From positions 131,130,001-131,194,000 of the forward strand of contig OZ024741.1 in the NCBI GenBank assembly GCA_964016885.1: 64,000 bases of DNA, given 5' to 3'. The notes beneath the pieces are model-generated. The model saw only the letters and a program-made list of their open reading frames with translations. It was not told the origin of the DNA and searched no databases. Below are positions 15,801 to 33,800 of this stretch, in pieces; the stretch's first letter is position 1, and each line of letters starts with the position of its first letter. Position numbers and translations under genes: made by a program. The DNA is from Eledone cirrhosa. Its lineage: Eukaryota.

Positions 15801-18800
15801 CACTACTACCATCACCATCACTACTACCAACACTATCACTACTACCAACACCATCACTACTACCATCACCATCACTACTACCAACACTATCACTACTACC
15901 AACACCATCACTACTACCAACACCATCACTACTACCATCACCATCACTACTACCGTCACCATCACTACTACCAACACTATCACCACTACCAACACCATCA
16001 CTACTACCAACACCATCACTACTAGCATCACCATCACTACTACCATCACAATCACTACTACCAACACCATCACCATCGCTACTAGCATCACCATCACTAC
16101 TACCATCACAATCACTACTACCAACACCATCACCATCACTACTACCATCACAATCACTACTACCATCACCATCACTACTAACAACACCATCACTACTACC
16201 AGCACCATCACTACTACCAACACCATCACCAATACCATCACCATCACAATCACTACTACCAACACCATCATAATCACTACTACCAACACCATCACCACTA
16301 CCATCACAATCACTACTACCATCACAATCACTACTACCAACACCATCATCATCACTACTACCAACACCATCACCACTACCATCACCATCACCATCACTAC
16401 TACCAACACCATCACTACTACCAACACCATCATCATCACTACTACCATCACCATCACTACTACCAACACCATCACCATCACTACTACCAACACCATCACT
16501 ACTACCATCACCATCAATACTACCAACACCAACACCATCACTACTACCATCACCATCACCATCACCACTACCAACACCATCACTACTACCAACACCATCA
16601 CTACTACCAACACCATCACTACTACCAACACCATCACTACTACCATCACCATCCCCACTACCAACACCATCACCATCACCACTACCATCACCATCACTAC
16701 TACCAACACCAACAACATCACTACTACCAACACCAACACCATCACTACTACCATCACCATCACCATCACAATCACTACCACCAACACCATCACCATCACT
16801 ACTAGCATCACCATCACTACTAACATCACCATCACTTCTACCAACACCAACACCATCACTACTACCAACACCATCACTACTACCAACACCATCACCATCA
16901 CTACTACCTACACCATCATCATCACTACTACCAACACCATCACCATCACTACTATCATCACCATCACTACTACCATCACAATCACTACTACCAACACCAT
17001 CACCATCACTACTAGCATCACCATCACTACTACCATCACCATCACTTCTACCAACACCATCACCATCACTACTACCATCACCATCATCATCACTACTACC
17101 AACACCGTCACCACTACCAACACCATCACCATCACTACTACCAACACCATCACCATCACTACTACCATCATCACCATCACTACTACCATCACCATCACTA
17201 CTACCAACACCATCACCATCACTACCATCATCATCACCATCACTACTACCATCACCATCACTACTACCAACACCATCACCAACACTACTACCAACAACAT
17301 CACCATCACTACTACCATCACCATCACTACTACCAACACCATCACCAACACTACTACCAACAACATCACCATCACTACTACCATCACCATCACTACTACC
17401 AACACCATCAGCATCACTACTACCAACACCATCACCATCACTACTACCATCACCATCACTACTACCAACACCGTCACTACTACCATCACCAACACTACTA
17501 CCAACACCATCACCATCACTACTAGCTTCACCATCACTACTACCAACACCACCACTACTACCAACACCATCACCATCACTACTACCAACACCATCACCAT
17601 CACTACTAGCCTCACCATCACTACTACCAACACCATCACTACTACCATCACCATCACTACTACCATCATCATCACCATCACTACTACCATCACCATCACC
17701 AGCACCATCACTACTACCAGCACCATCACTACTACCATCACCATCACTATTACCAACACCATCACCACTACCATCACCATCACTACTACCATCACCATCA
17801 CCAGTACCATAACCATCACTACTACCAACACCATCACCATCACCACTACCATCACCATCACTACTACCTACACCATCACCACTACCATCACCATCACTAC
17901 TACCAACACCATCACCATCACTACTAGCAACACCATCACCATCACTACAACCAACACCATCACCATCACCACTACCATCACCATCACTACTACCAACAGC
18001 ATCACTACTACCATCACCATCACTACTACCAACACCAACACCATCACCACTACCAACACCATCACCATCACTACTACCATCACCATCACCATCACTACTA
18101 CCAAAACCATCACCACTACCAACACCATCACTACTACCATCACCATCACCACTACCAACACCTTCACTACTACCAACATCATCACTACTACCAACACCAT
18201 CACTACTACCAACACCATCACTACTACCAACACCATCACTACTACCAACACCATCACCACTACCAACACCATCACTACTACCAACACCATCACTACTACC
18301 AACACCATCACTACTACCAACACCATCACTACTACCGTCACCATCACTACTACCATCACCATCACTACTACCATCACCATCACTACTACCAACACCATCA
18401 CTACTAACATCACCATCACTACTACCAATACCATCACTACTACCATCACCATCACTACTACCAATACCATCACTACTACCAACACCATCACTACTACCAT
18501 CACCATCACTACTACCATCACCATCACTACTACCAACACCATCACTACTACCAACACCATCACTACTACCATCACCATCACTACTACCAACACCATCACT
18601 ACTAGCATCACCATCACTACTACCATCACAATCACTACTACCAACACCATCACCATCGCTACTAGCATCACCATCACTACTACCATCACAATCACTACTA
18701 CCAACACCATCACCATCACTACTACCATCACAATCACTACTACCATCACCATCACTACTAACAACACCATCACTACTACCAGCACCATCACTACTACCAA

Positions 18801-21800
18801 CACCATCACCAATACCATCACCATCACAATCACTACTACCAACACCATCATAATCACTACTACCAACACCATCACCACTACCATCACAATCACTACTACC
18901 ATCACAATCACTACTACCAACACCATCATCATCACTACTACCAACACCATCACCACTACCATCACCATCACCATCACTACTACCAACACCATCACTACTA
19001 CCAACACCATCACTACTACCAACACCATCATCATCACTACTACCATCACCATCACTACTACCAACACCATCACTACTACCATCACCATCAATACTACCAA
19101 CACCAACAACATCACTACTACCAACACCAACACCATCACTACTACAATCACCATCACCATCACCACTACCAACACCATCACTACTACCAACACCATCACT
19201 ACTACCAACACCATCACTACTACCAACACCATCACTACTACCATCACCATCCCCACTACCAACACCATCACCATCACCACTACCATCACCATCACTACTA
19301 CCAACACCATCACTACTACCAACACCATCACTACTACCATCAACATCACCACTACCAACACCATCACCATCACTACTACCAACACCATCACTACTACCAT
19401 CACCATCACTACTACCATCACAATCACTACCACCAACACCATCACCATCACTACAAGCATCACCATCACTACTAACATCACCATCACTTCTACCAACACC
19501 ATCACCATCACTACTACCAACACCATCACTACCACCAACACCATTACTACTACCAACACCATCACCATCACTACTGCCATCACCATCACTACTACCAACA
19601 CCATCACTACTACCAACACCATCACCATCACTACTGCCATCACCATCACTACGACCAACACCATCACCACTACCATCACCATCACTACTACCAACACCAT
19701 CACCATCACCACTACCATCACCATCACCACTACCATCACCATCACTACTACCAACACCATCACCACTACCATCACCAGCACTACTACCAACACCATCACT
19801 ACTACCAACACCATCACTACTACCATCACCATCACTACTACCATCACCATCACTACTACCATCACCATCACCATCACTACTACCAAAACCATCACCACTA
19901 CCAACACCATCACTACTACCATCACCATCACCACTACCAACACCTTCACTACTACCAACACCATCACTACTGCCAACACCATCACTACTACCAACACCAT
20001 CACTACTACCAACACCATCACTACTACCAACACCATCACCACTACCAACACCATCACTACTATCAACACCATCACTACTACCAACACCATCACTACTACC
20101 AACACCATCACTACTACCGTCACCATCACTACTACCATCACCATCACTACTACCATCACCATCACTACTACCAACACCATCACTACTAACATCACCATCA
20201 CTACTACCAATACCATCACTACTACCATCACCATCACTACTACCAATACCATCACTACTACCAACACCATCACTACTACCATCACCATCACTACTACCAT
20301 CACCATCACTACTACCAACACCATCACTACTACCAACACCATCACTACTACCATCACCATCACTACTACCAACACCATCACTACTACCATCACCATCACC
20401 ACTACCATCACCATCACTACTACCATCACCATCACTACTACCATCACCATCACTACTACCAACACCATCACTACTACCAACACCATCACTACTACCATCA
20501 CCATCACTACTACCAACACCATCACCATCACTACTACTAACACCATCACTACTACCAACACCATCATCATCACTACTACCATCACCATCACTACTACCAT
20601 CACCATCACTACTACCATCACCATCACTACTACCAACACCATCACTACTACCAACACCATCACTACTACCATCACCATCACTACTACCAACACCATCACC
20701 ATCACTACTACTAACACCATCACTACTACCAACACCATCATCATCACTACTACCAACACCATCACTACTACCAACACCATCACCATCACTACTACCAACA
20801 CCATCACCATCACTACTAACATCACCATCACTACTACCAACACCATCACTACCACCAACACCATTACTTCTACCAACAACATCACCATCACTACTACCAA
20901 CACCATCACTACCACCAACACCATTACTACTACCAACACCTTCACCATCACTACTGCCATCACCATCACTACTACCAACACCATCACTACTACCAACACC
21001 ATCACCATCACTACTGCCATCACCATCACTACTACCAACACCATCACCACTACCATCACCATCACTACTACCAACACCATCACCATCACCACTACCATCA
21101 CCATCACCACTACCATCACCATCACTACTACCAACACCATCACCACTACCATCACCAGCACTACTACCAACACCATCACTACTACCAACACCATCACTAC
21201 TACCATCACCATCACTACTACCATCACCATCACTACTACCATCACCATCACCATCACTACTACCAAAACCATCACCACTACCAACACCATCACTACTACC
21301 CTCACCATCACCATTACCAACACCTTCACTACTACCAACACCATCACTACTACCAACACCATCACTACTACCATCACCATCACTACTACCAACACCATCA
21401 CCACTACCAACACCATCACTACTACCAACACCATCACTACTACCATCACCATCACTACTACCAACACCATCACTACTACCATCACCATCACCACTACCAT
21501 CACCATCACTACTACCATCACCATCACTACTACCATCACAATCACTACTACCAACACCATCACTACTACCAACACCATCACTACTACCATCACCATCACC
21601 ACTACCATCACCATCACTACTACCATCACCATCACTACTACCATCACAATCACTACTACCAACACAATCACTACTACCAACACCATCACTACTACCAACA
21701 CCATCACTACTACCATCACCATCACTACTACCATCACCATCACTACTACCAACACCATCACCATCACTACTACCAACATCATCACTACTACCATCACCAT

Positions 21801-24800
21801 CACTACTACCAACACCATCACTACTACAATCACCATCACTACTACCAACACCATCACTACTACCATCACCATCACTACTACCAACACCATCACTACTACC
21901 ATCACCATCACTACTACCACCATCATCACTACTACCATCACCATCACTACTACCATCACCATCACTACTACCATCACCATCACTACTACCAACATCATCA
22001 AAACTACCAACACCATCACCATCACTACTACCAACACCATCACCATCACTACTACCATCACCATCACTACTACCATCACCATCACTACTACCGTCACCAT
22101 CACGATCACTACTACCAACACCATCACTACTACCATCACCATCACTACTACCATCACCATCACTACTACCATCACCATCACCATCACTACTACCAAAACC
22201 ATCACCACTACCAACACCATCACTACTACCCTCACCATCACCATTACCATCACGATCACTACTACCAACACCATCACTACTACCATCACCATCACTACTA
22301 CCAACACCATCACCATCACCACTACCATCGCCATCACTACTACAATCACCATCACTACTACCATCGCCATCACTACTACCAAGACCATCACTACTACCAT
22401 CACCATCACTACTACTGTCACCATCACTACTACCAACGCCATCACTACTACCATCACCATCACTACTACCATCACCATCACTACTACCAACACCATCACT
22501 ACTACCAACACCATCACTACCACCAATACCATCACTACTACCTTCACCATTACTACTACCAACACCATCACCACTACCATCACCATCACTACTACCATCA
22601 TCAACACCATCACCACTACCAACACCATCACTACTACCATCACCATCACTACTACCATCACCATCACTACTACCAACACCATCACTACCACCAACACCAT
22701 CACTACTACCATCACCATTACTACTACCAACACCATCACCACTACCATCACCATCACTACTACCATCATCAACACCATCACCACTACCAACACCATCACT
22801 ACTACCATCACCATCACTACTACGATCACCATCACTACTACCAACACAATCACAACTACCATCACCATCATTACTACCAACACCATCACTACCACCAACA
22901 CCATTACTACTACCAACATCATCACCATCACTACTACCATCACCATCACTACTACCAACACCATCACTACTACCAACACCATCACCATCACTACTACCAT
23001 CACCATCACTACTACCAACACCATCACTACTACCATCACCATCAATACTACCAACACCATCACCACTACCATCACATTCACTACTACCAACACCATCACT
23101 ACTACCATCACCATCACTACTACCATCACCATCACTACTACCAACACCATCACCATCACTACTACCAACACCATCACTACTACCAACATCATCACTACTA
23201 CCATCACCATCACCATCACTACTACCATCACCATCACTACTACCATCAACATCACCATCACTACTACCATCACCATCACTACTACCAACACCATCACCAT
23301 CAGCACTACCATCAACATCACTACTAACATCACCATCACCATCACTACTACCATCACCATCACTACTACCATCAACATCACCATCACAACTACCATCACC
23401 ATCACTACTACCAACACCATCACCATCAGCACTACCATCAACATCACTACTACCAACACCATCACCATCACTACTACAATCACCACCACTACTACCATCA
23501 CCATAACTACTACCATCACCATCACCACTACCATCACCATCACTACTACAATCACCACCACTACTACCATCACCATAACTACTACCATCACCATCACCAC
23601 TACCATCACCATCACTACTACCAACACCATCACTACTACCAACACCATCACTACTACCAACACCATCACCATCACCACTACCATCAACATCACCACTACC
23701 ATCACCATCACTACTACCAACACCATCACCACTACCATCACCATCACTACTACCAACACCATCACTACTACCATCATCATCACCATCACTACTACCATCA
23801 CCATCACTACTACCATCACCATCACTACTACCAACACCATCACTACTACCCTCACAATCACTACTACCAACACCTTCACCACTCCCATCACCATCACTAC
23901 TACCAACATCATCACCATCACTACTACCATCACCATCACTACTACCAACACCTTCACTACTACCATCACCATCACTACTACCAACACCATCACCATCACT
24001 ACTACCAACACCTTCACTACTACCATCACCATCACTACTACCAACACCATCACTACTGCCATCACCATCACTACTACCAACGCCATCACCATCACTACTA
24101 CCAACACCATCACTACTACCAACACCTTCACTACTACCATCACCATCACCATCACTACTACCATCACCATCACTACTACCATCAACATCACCATCACTAC
24201 TACCATCACCATCACTACTACCAACACCATCACCATCAGCACTACCATCAACATCACTACTACCAACACCATCACCATCACTACTACAATCACCATCACT
24301 ACTACCATCACCATCACTACTATCAACACCATCACCATCACTACTACCATCACCATCACTACTACCATCACCATCACTACTACCAACACCATCACCATCA
24401 GCACTACCATCACCATCACTACTACCAACACCATCACCATCACTACTACAATCACCATCACTACTACCATCACCATCACTACTACCAACACCATCACCAT
24501 CACTACTACCATCACCATAACTACTACCATCACCATCACCACTACCATCACCATCACTACTACCAACACCATCACTACTACCAACACCATCACTACTACC
24601 AACACCATCACCATCACCACTACCATCACCATCACCACTACCATCACCATCACTACTACCAACACCATCACTACTATCAACATCATCACTGCTACCAACA
24701 CCATCACCATCACCACTACCATCACCATCACTACTACCATCACCATCACTACTACCAATACCATCACTACCACCAATACCATCACTACTACCAACAACAT

Positions 24801-27800
24801 CACTACTACCATCACCATCACTACTACCATCACCATCACTACTACCATCACCATCACCACTACCATCACCATCACAACTACCATCACCATCACAACTACC
24901 ATCACCATCACTACTACCATCACCATCACTACTACCAACACCATCACTACTACCATCATCATCACCATCACTACTACCATCAACATCACTACTACCAACA
25001 CCATCACCATCACTACTACCATCACCATCACTACTACCAACACCATCACTACTACCATCACCATCAATACTACCAACACCATCACCACTACCATCACATT
25101 CACTACTACCAACACCATCACTACTACCATCACCATCACTACTACCTTCACCATCACTACTACCAACACCATCACCATCACTACTACCAACACCATCACT
25201 ACTACCAACATCATCACTACTACCATCACCATCACCATCACTACTACCATCACCATCACTACTACCATCAACATCACCATCACTACTACCATCACCATCA
25301 CTACTACCAACACCATCACCATCAGCACTACCATCAACATCACTACTAACATCACCATCACCATCACTACTACCATCACCATCACTACTACCATCAACAT
25401 CACCATCACAACTACCATCACCATCACTACTACCAACACCATCACCATCAGCACTACCATCAACATCACTACTACCAACACCATCACCATCACTACTACC
25501 ATCACCATCAATACTACCAACACCTTCACTACTACCATCACCATCACTACTACCAACACCAACACCATCACTACTACCAATACCATCACTACCACCAATA
25601 CCATCACTACTACCAACAACATCACTACTACCATCACCATCACTACTACCATCACCATCACTACTACCATCACCATCACCACTACCATCACCATCACAAC
25701 TACCATCACCATCACAACTACCATCACCATCACTACTACCATCACCATCACTACTACCAACACCATCACTACTACCATCATCATCACCATCACTACTACC
25801 ATCAACATCACTACTACCAACACCATCACCATCACTACTACCATCACCATCAATACTACCAACACCTTCACTACTACCATCACCATCACTACTACCAACA
25901 CCAACACCATCACTACTACCAACACCATCACCATCACTACTACCAACACCTTCACTACTAAAATCACCATCACTACTACCAACACCATCACTACTACCAT
26001 CACCATCACCACTACCATCACCATCACTACTACCATCACCATCACCACTACAAACACCTTCACTACTACCATCACCATCACTACTACCAACACCATCACT
26101 ACTACCATCACCATCACCACTACCAACACCATCACTACTACCATCACCATCACTACTACCATCATCATCACCATCACTACTACCATCACCATCACTACTA
26201 CCATCACCATCACTACTACCAACACCATCACCATCAGCACTACCATCAACATCACTACTACCAACACCATCACCATCACTACAACAATCACCATCACTAC
26301 TACCATCACCATCACTACTACCAACACCAACACCATCACCATCACTACTACCATCACCATAACTACTACCATCACCATCACTACTACCAACACCATCACC
26401 ATCAGCACTACCATCAACATCACTACTACCAACACCATCACCATCACTACTACAATCACCATCACTACTACCATCACCATCACTACTACCAACACCATCA
26501 CCATCAGCACTACCATCAACATCACTACTACCAACACCATCACCATCACTACTACAATCACCATCACTACTACCATCACCATCACTACTACCAACACCAA
26601 CACCATCACCATCACTACTACCATCACCATCACTACTACCATCACCATCACTACTACCAACACCATCACCATCAGCACTACCATCAACATCACTACTACC
26701 AACACCATCACCATCACTACTACCATCACCATAACTACTACCATCACCATCACCACTACCATCACCATCACTACTACCAAAACCATCACTACTACCAACA
26801 CCATCACTACTACCAACACCATCACCATCACCACTACCATCACCATCACCACTACCATCACCATCACTACTACCAACACCATCACTACTACCAACACCAT
26901 CACTACTACCAACACCATCACCATCACCACTACCATCACAATCACTACTACCAACAACATCACTACTACTGACACCATCACTACTACCAACACCATCACC
27001 ATCACTACTACCAACACCATCACCACTACCATCACCATCACTACTACCAACACCATCACTACTACCATCATCATCACCATCACTACTACCATCACCATCA
27101 CTACTACCATCACCATCACTACTACCAACACCATCACCACTACCAACACCATCACTACTACCAACACCTTCACTACTACCATCACCATCACTACTACCAT
27201 CACCATCACTACTACCATCACCATCACCACTACCATCACCATCACTACTACCAACACCATCACCATCACTACTACCAACACCTTCACTACTACCATCACC
27301 ATCACTACTACCAACACCATCACTACTACCATCATCATCACTACCATCATCATCACCAACACCATCACCATCACTACTGCCAACACCATCACTACTACCA
27401 TCACCCAACACCATCACTACTACCATCACCTTCACTACTACCATCACCACAACTACTACCAACACCAACACCATCACTACTACCAACACCATCACCATCA
27501 CTACTACCAACACCTTCACTACTACCATCACCATCACCACTACCATCACCATCACTACTACCATCACCATCACCACTACCAACACCTTCACTACTACCAT
27601 CACCATCACTACTACCAACACCATCACTACTACCATCACCATCACCAGTACCAACACCATCACTACTACCATCACCATCACTACTACCATCATCATCACC
27701 ATCACTACTACCATCACCATCACTACTACCATCACCATCACTACTACCAACACCTTCACTACTACCATCACCATCACTACTACCAACACCATCACTACTA

Positions 27801-30800
27801 CCATCACCATCACTACTACCATCACCATCACTACTACCATCACCATCACCACTACCATCACCATCACCACTACCAACACCATCACTACTACCATCACCAT
27901 CACCACTACCATCACCATCACTACTACCAACACCATCACCATCACAACTACCAACACCATCACTACTACCATCACCATCACTAGTACCATCACCATCACT
28001 ACTACCATCATCATCACTACTACCATCACCATCACTACTACCAACACCTTCACTACTACCATCACCATCACTACTACCAACACCATCACCATCACCACTA
28101 CCAACACCATCACTACTACCATCACCATCACTAGTACCATCACCATCACTACTACCATCATCATCACTACTACCAACACCATCACTACTACCAACACCTT
28201 CACTACTACCATCACCATCACTACTACCATCACCATCACTACTACCATCACCATCACCACTACCATCACCATCACTACTACCAACACCATCACCATCACT
28301 ACTACCAACACCTTCACTACTACCAACACCATCACCATCACTACTACCAACACCTTCACTACTACCATCACCATCACTACTACCATCACCATCACTACTA
28401 CCATCACCATCACCACTACCATCACCATCACTACTACCAACACCTTCACTACTACCATCACCATCACTACTACCATCACCATCACTACTAACATCACCAT
28501 CACCACTACCATCACCATCACTACTACCAACACCTTCACTACTACCATCACCATCACCACTACCATCACCATCACTACTACCAACACCATCACCATCACT
28601 ACTACCAACACCATCACTACTACCATCACCCATCACCATCACTACTACCATCACCATCACCACTACCAACACCATCACTACTACCATCACCATCACTACT
28701 ACCATCATCATCACTACTACCATCACCATCACTACTACCAACACCATCACCATCACCACTACCATCACCATCACTACTACCATCATCATCACTACTACCA
28801 ACAACATCACTAATACCAACACCATCACCATCACCACTACCAACACCATCACCACTACCAACACCATCACTACTACCATCACCATCACCACTACAATCAC
28901 CATCACTACTACCAACACCATCACCATCACCACTACGATCACCATCACTACTACCATCATCATCACTACTACCAACAACATCACTACTACCATCACCATC
29001 ACCATCACCACTACCAACACCATCACTACTACCAACACCATCACTACTACCATCAGCATCACCATTACCAACACCATCACTACTACCAACACCATCACCA
29101 TCACCACTACCAACACCATCACTACTACCAACACCATCACTACTACCATCACCATCACCACTACCAACAACATCACTACTACCAACACCATCACCATCAC
29201 CACTACCAACACCATCACTACTACCAACACCATCACTACTACCATCACCACTACCAACAACATCACTACTACCAACACCATCACCATCACCACTACCATC
29301 ACAATCACTACTACCATCACCATCACCATCACTACTACCAACACCATCACTACTACCATCACCATCACTACTACCATCACCATCACTACTACCAATACCA
29401 TCACCATCACTACTACAAATACCATCACTACTACCAACACCATCACTACTACCATCACCATCACTACTACCATCACCATCACTACTACCATCACCATCAC
29501 CATCACTACTACCAACACGTTCACTACTACCAACACCATCACTACTACCAACACCATCACTACTACCAACACCAACACTACTAACAACACCAACACTACT
29601 AACAACACCATCACTACTACCAACACCATCACTACTACCATCAACATCACTACTACCAATACCATCACCATCACCACTACCGTCACCATCACTACTACCA
29701 TCACCATCACTACTACCATCACCATCACTACTACCATCAACATCACTACTACCAACACCATCACCATCACCACTACCATCACCATCACTACTACCATCAC
29801 CATCACTACTACCATCACCATCACTACTACCAATACCATCACTACTACCAACAACATCACTACTACCATCACCATCACTACTACCATCACCATCACTACT
29901 ACCATCACCATCACCACTACCATCACCATCACTACTACCAACACCATCACTACTACCATCACCATCACTACTACCAACATCATCACTACTACCATCACCA
30001 TCACTACTACCATCACCATCACTACTACCGTCACCATCACTACTACCAACACCATCACTACTACCAACACCATCACTACTACCATCACCATCACTACTAC
30101 CAACACCATCACTACTACCAACACCATCACTACTACCAACACCATCACCATCACTACTACCATCACCATCACTACTACAAACACCATCACTACTACCAAC
30201 ACCATCACTACTACCAACACCATCACCATCACTACTACCATCACCATCACTACTACCATCACCATCACTACTACCATAACCATCACTACTACCATCACCA
30301 TCACTACTACCAACACCATCATCATCACTACTGCCAACATCATCACTACTACCAAAAACCTTCGCTACTACCATCACCATCACTACTACCATCACCATCA
30401 CTACTACCAACACCATCACTACTACCAACACCATCACCATCACTACTACCATCACCATCACTACTACCATCAACATCACTACTACCATAACCATCACTAC
30501 TACCATCACCATCACTACTACCAACACCATCATCATCACTACTGCCAACATCATCACTACTACCATCACCTTCACTACTACCAACACCATCACCATCACC
30601 ACTACCATCACCATCACTACTACCAACACCATCACCATCACTACTACCATCACCATCACTACTACCAGCACCATCACTACTACCAACACCATCACCATCA
30701 CTACTACCCACACCATCACCACTACCAACACCATCACCACTACCAACACCATCACCATCACTACTACCATCACCATCACCACTACCATCACCATCACTAC

Positions 30801-33800
30801 TACCAACACCTTCACTACTACCATCACCATCACCACTACCATCACCATCACTACTACCAACACCATCACCATCACTACTACCAACACCTTCACTACTACC
30901 ATCACCATCACTACTACCAACACCATAACTACTACCATCATCATCACTACCATCATCATCACCAACACCATCACCATCACTACTACCAACACCATCACTA
31001 CTACCATCACCCATCACCATCACTACTACCATCACCATCACCACTACCAACACCATCACTACTACCATCACCTTCACTACTACCATCACCATCACTACTA
31101 CCAACACCAACACCATCACTACTACCAACACCATCACCACTACCAACACCTTCACTACTACCATCACCATCACTACTACCATCATCATCACTACTACCAA
31201 CACCTTCACTACTACCAACACCATCACTACTACCAACACCTTCACTACTACCATCACCATCACTACTACCATCACCATCACTACTACCAACACCATCACT
31301 ACTACCAACACCATCACTACTACCAACACCTTCACTACTACCATCACCATCACTACTACCATCACCATCACTACTACCATCATCATCACTACTACCAACA
31401 CCATCACTACTACCATCACCATCACTAGTACCATCACCATCACTACTACCATCATCATCACTACTACCAACACCATCACTACTACCATCACCATCACTAC
31501 TACCAACACCATCACCATCACCACTACCAACACCATCACTACTACCATCACCATCACTAGTACCATCACCATCACTACTACCATCATCATCACTACTACC
31601 ATCACCATCACTACTACCAACAACATCACCATCACCACTACCATCACCATCACTACTACCAACACCTTCACTACTACCATCACCATCACTACTACCAACA
31701 CCATCAGCATCACTACTACCAACACCTTCACTACTACCATCACCATCACTACTACCATCACCATCACTACTACCATCACCATCACCACTACCATCACCAT
31801 CACTACTACCAACACCTTCACTACTACCATCACCATCACTACTACCATCACCATCACTACTACCATCACCATCACCACTACCATCACCATCACTACTACC
31901 AACACCTTCACTACTACCATCACCATCACCACTACCATCACCATCACTACTACCAACACCATAACTACTACCATCATCATCACTACCATCATCATCACCA
32001 ACACCATCACCATCACTACTTCCAACACCATCACTACTACCATCACCCATCACCATCACTACTACCATCACCATCACCACTACCAACACCATCACTACTA
32101 CCATCACCATCACTACTACCATCATCATCACTACTACCATCACCATCACTACTACCAACACCATCACCATCACCACTACCATCACCATCACTACTACCAT
32201 CATCATCACTACTACCAACAACATCACTAATACCAACACCATCACCATCACCACTACCAACACCATCACCACTACCAACACCATCACTACTACCATGACC
32301 ATCACCACTACCATCACCATCACTACTACCAACACCATCACCATCACCACTACGATCACCATCACTACTACCATCATCATCACTACTACCAACAACATCA
32401 CTACTACCAACACCATCACCATCACCACTACCAACACCATCACCATCACCACTACCAACACCATCACTACTACCAACACCATCACTACTACCATCAGCAT
32501 CACCATTACCAACACCATCACTACTACCAACACCATCACCATCACCACTACCAACACCATCACTACTACCAACACCATCACTACTACCATCACCATCACC
32601 ACTACCAACAACATCACTACTACCAACACCATCACCATCACCACTACCAACACCATCACTACTACCAACACCATCACTACTACCATCACCATCACCACTA
32701 CCAACAACATCACTACTACCAACACCATCACCATCACCACTACCATCACAATCACTACTACCATCACCATCACCATCACTACTACCAACACCATCACTAC
32801 TACCATCACCATCACTACTACCAATACCATCACCATCACCACTACCGTCACCATCACTACTACCATCACCATCACTACTACCATCACCATCACTACTACC
32901 ATCAACATCACTACTACCAACACCATCACCATCACCACGACCATCACCATCACTACTACCATCACCATCACTACTACCAATACCATCACTACTACCAACA
33001 ACATCACTACTACCATCACCATCACTACTACCATCACCATCACTACTACCATCACCATCACCACTAACATCACCATCACTACTACCAACACCATCACTAC
33101 TACCAACATCATCACTACTACCATCACCATCACTACTACCATCACCATCACTACTACCGTCACCATCACTACTACCAACACCATCACTACTACCAACACC
33201 ATCACTACTACCAACACCATCACCATCACTACTACCATCACCATCACTACTACAAACACCATCACTACTACCAACACCATCACTACTACCAACACCATCA
33301 CCATCACTACTACCATCACCATCACTACTACCATCACCATCACTACTACCATAACCATCACTACTACCATCACCATCACTACTACCAACACCATCATCAT
33401 CACTACTGCCAACATCATCACTACTACCAAAAACCTTCGCTACTACCATCACCATCACTACTACCATCACCATCACTACTACCAACACCATCACTACTAC
33501 CAACACCATCACCATCACTACTACCATCACCATCACTACTACCAACACCATCACCATCACTACTACCAACATCATCACTACTACCATCACCATCACTACT
33601 ACCATCACCATCACTACTACCAACACCATCACTACTACCAACACCATCACCATCACTACTACCATCACCATCACTACTACCATCACCATCACTACTACCA
33701 ACACCATCACCATCACTACTACCAACACCATCACTACTACCAACACCATCACCATCACTACTATCATAACCATAACTACTACCATCACCATCACTACTAC

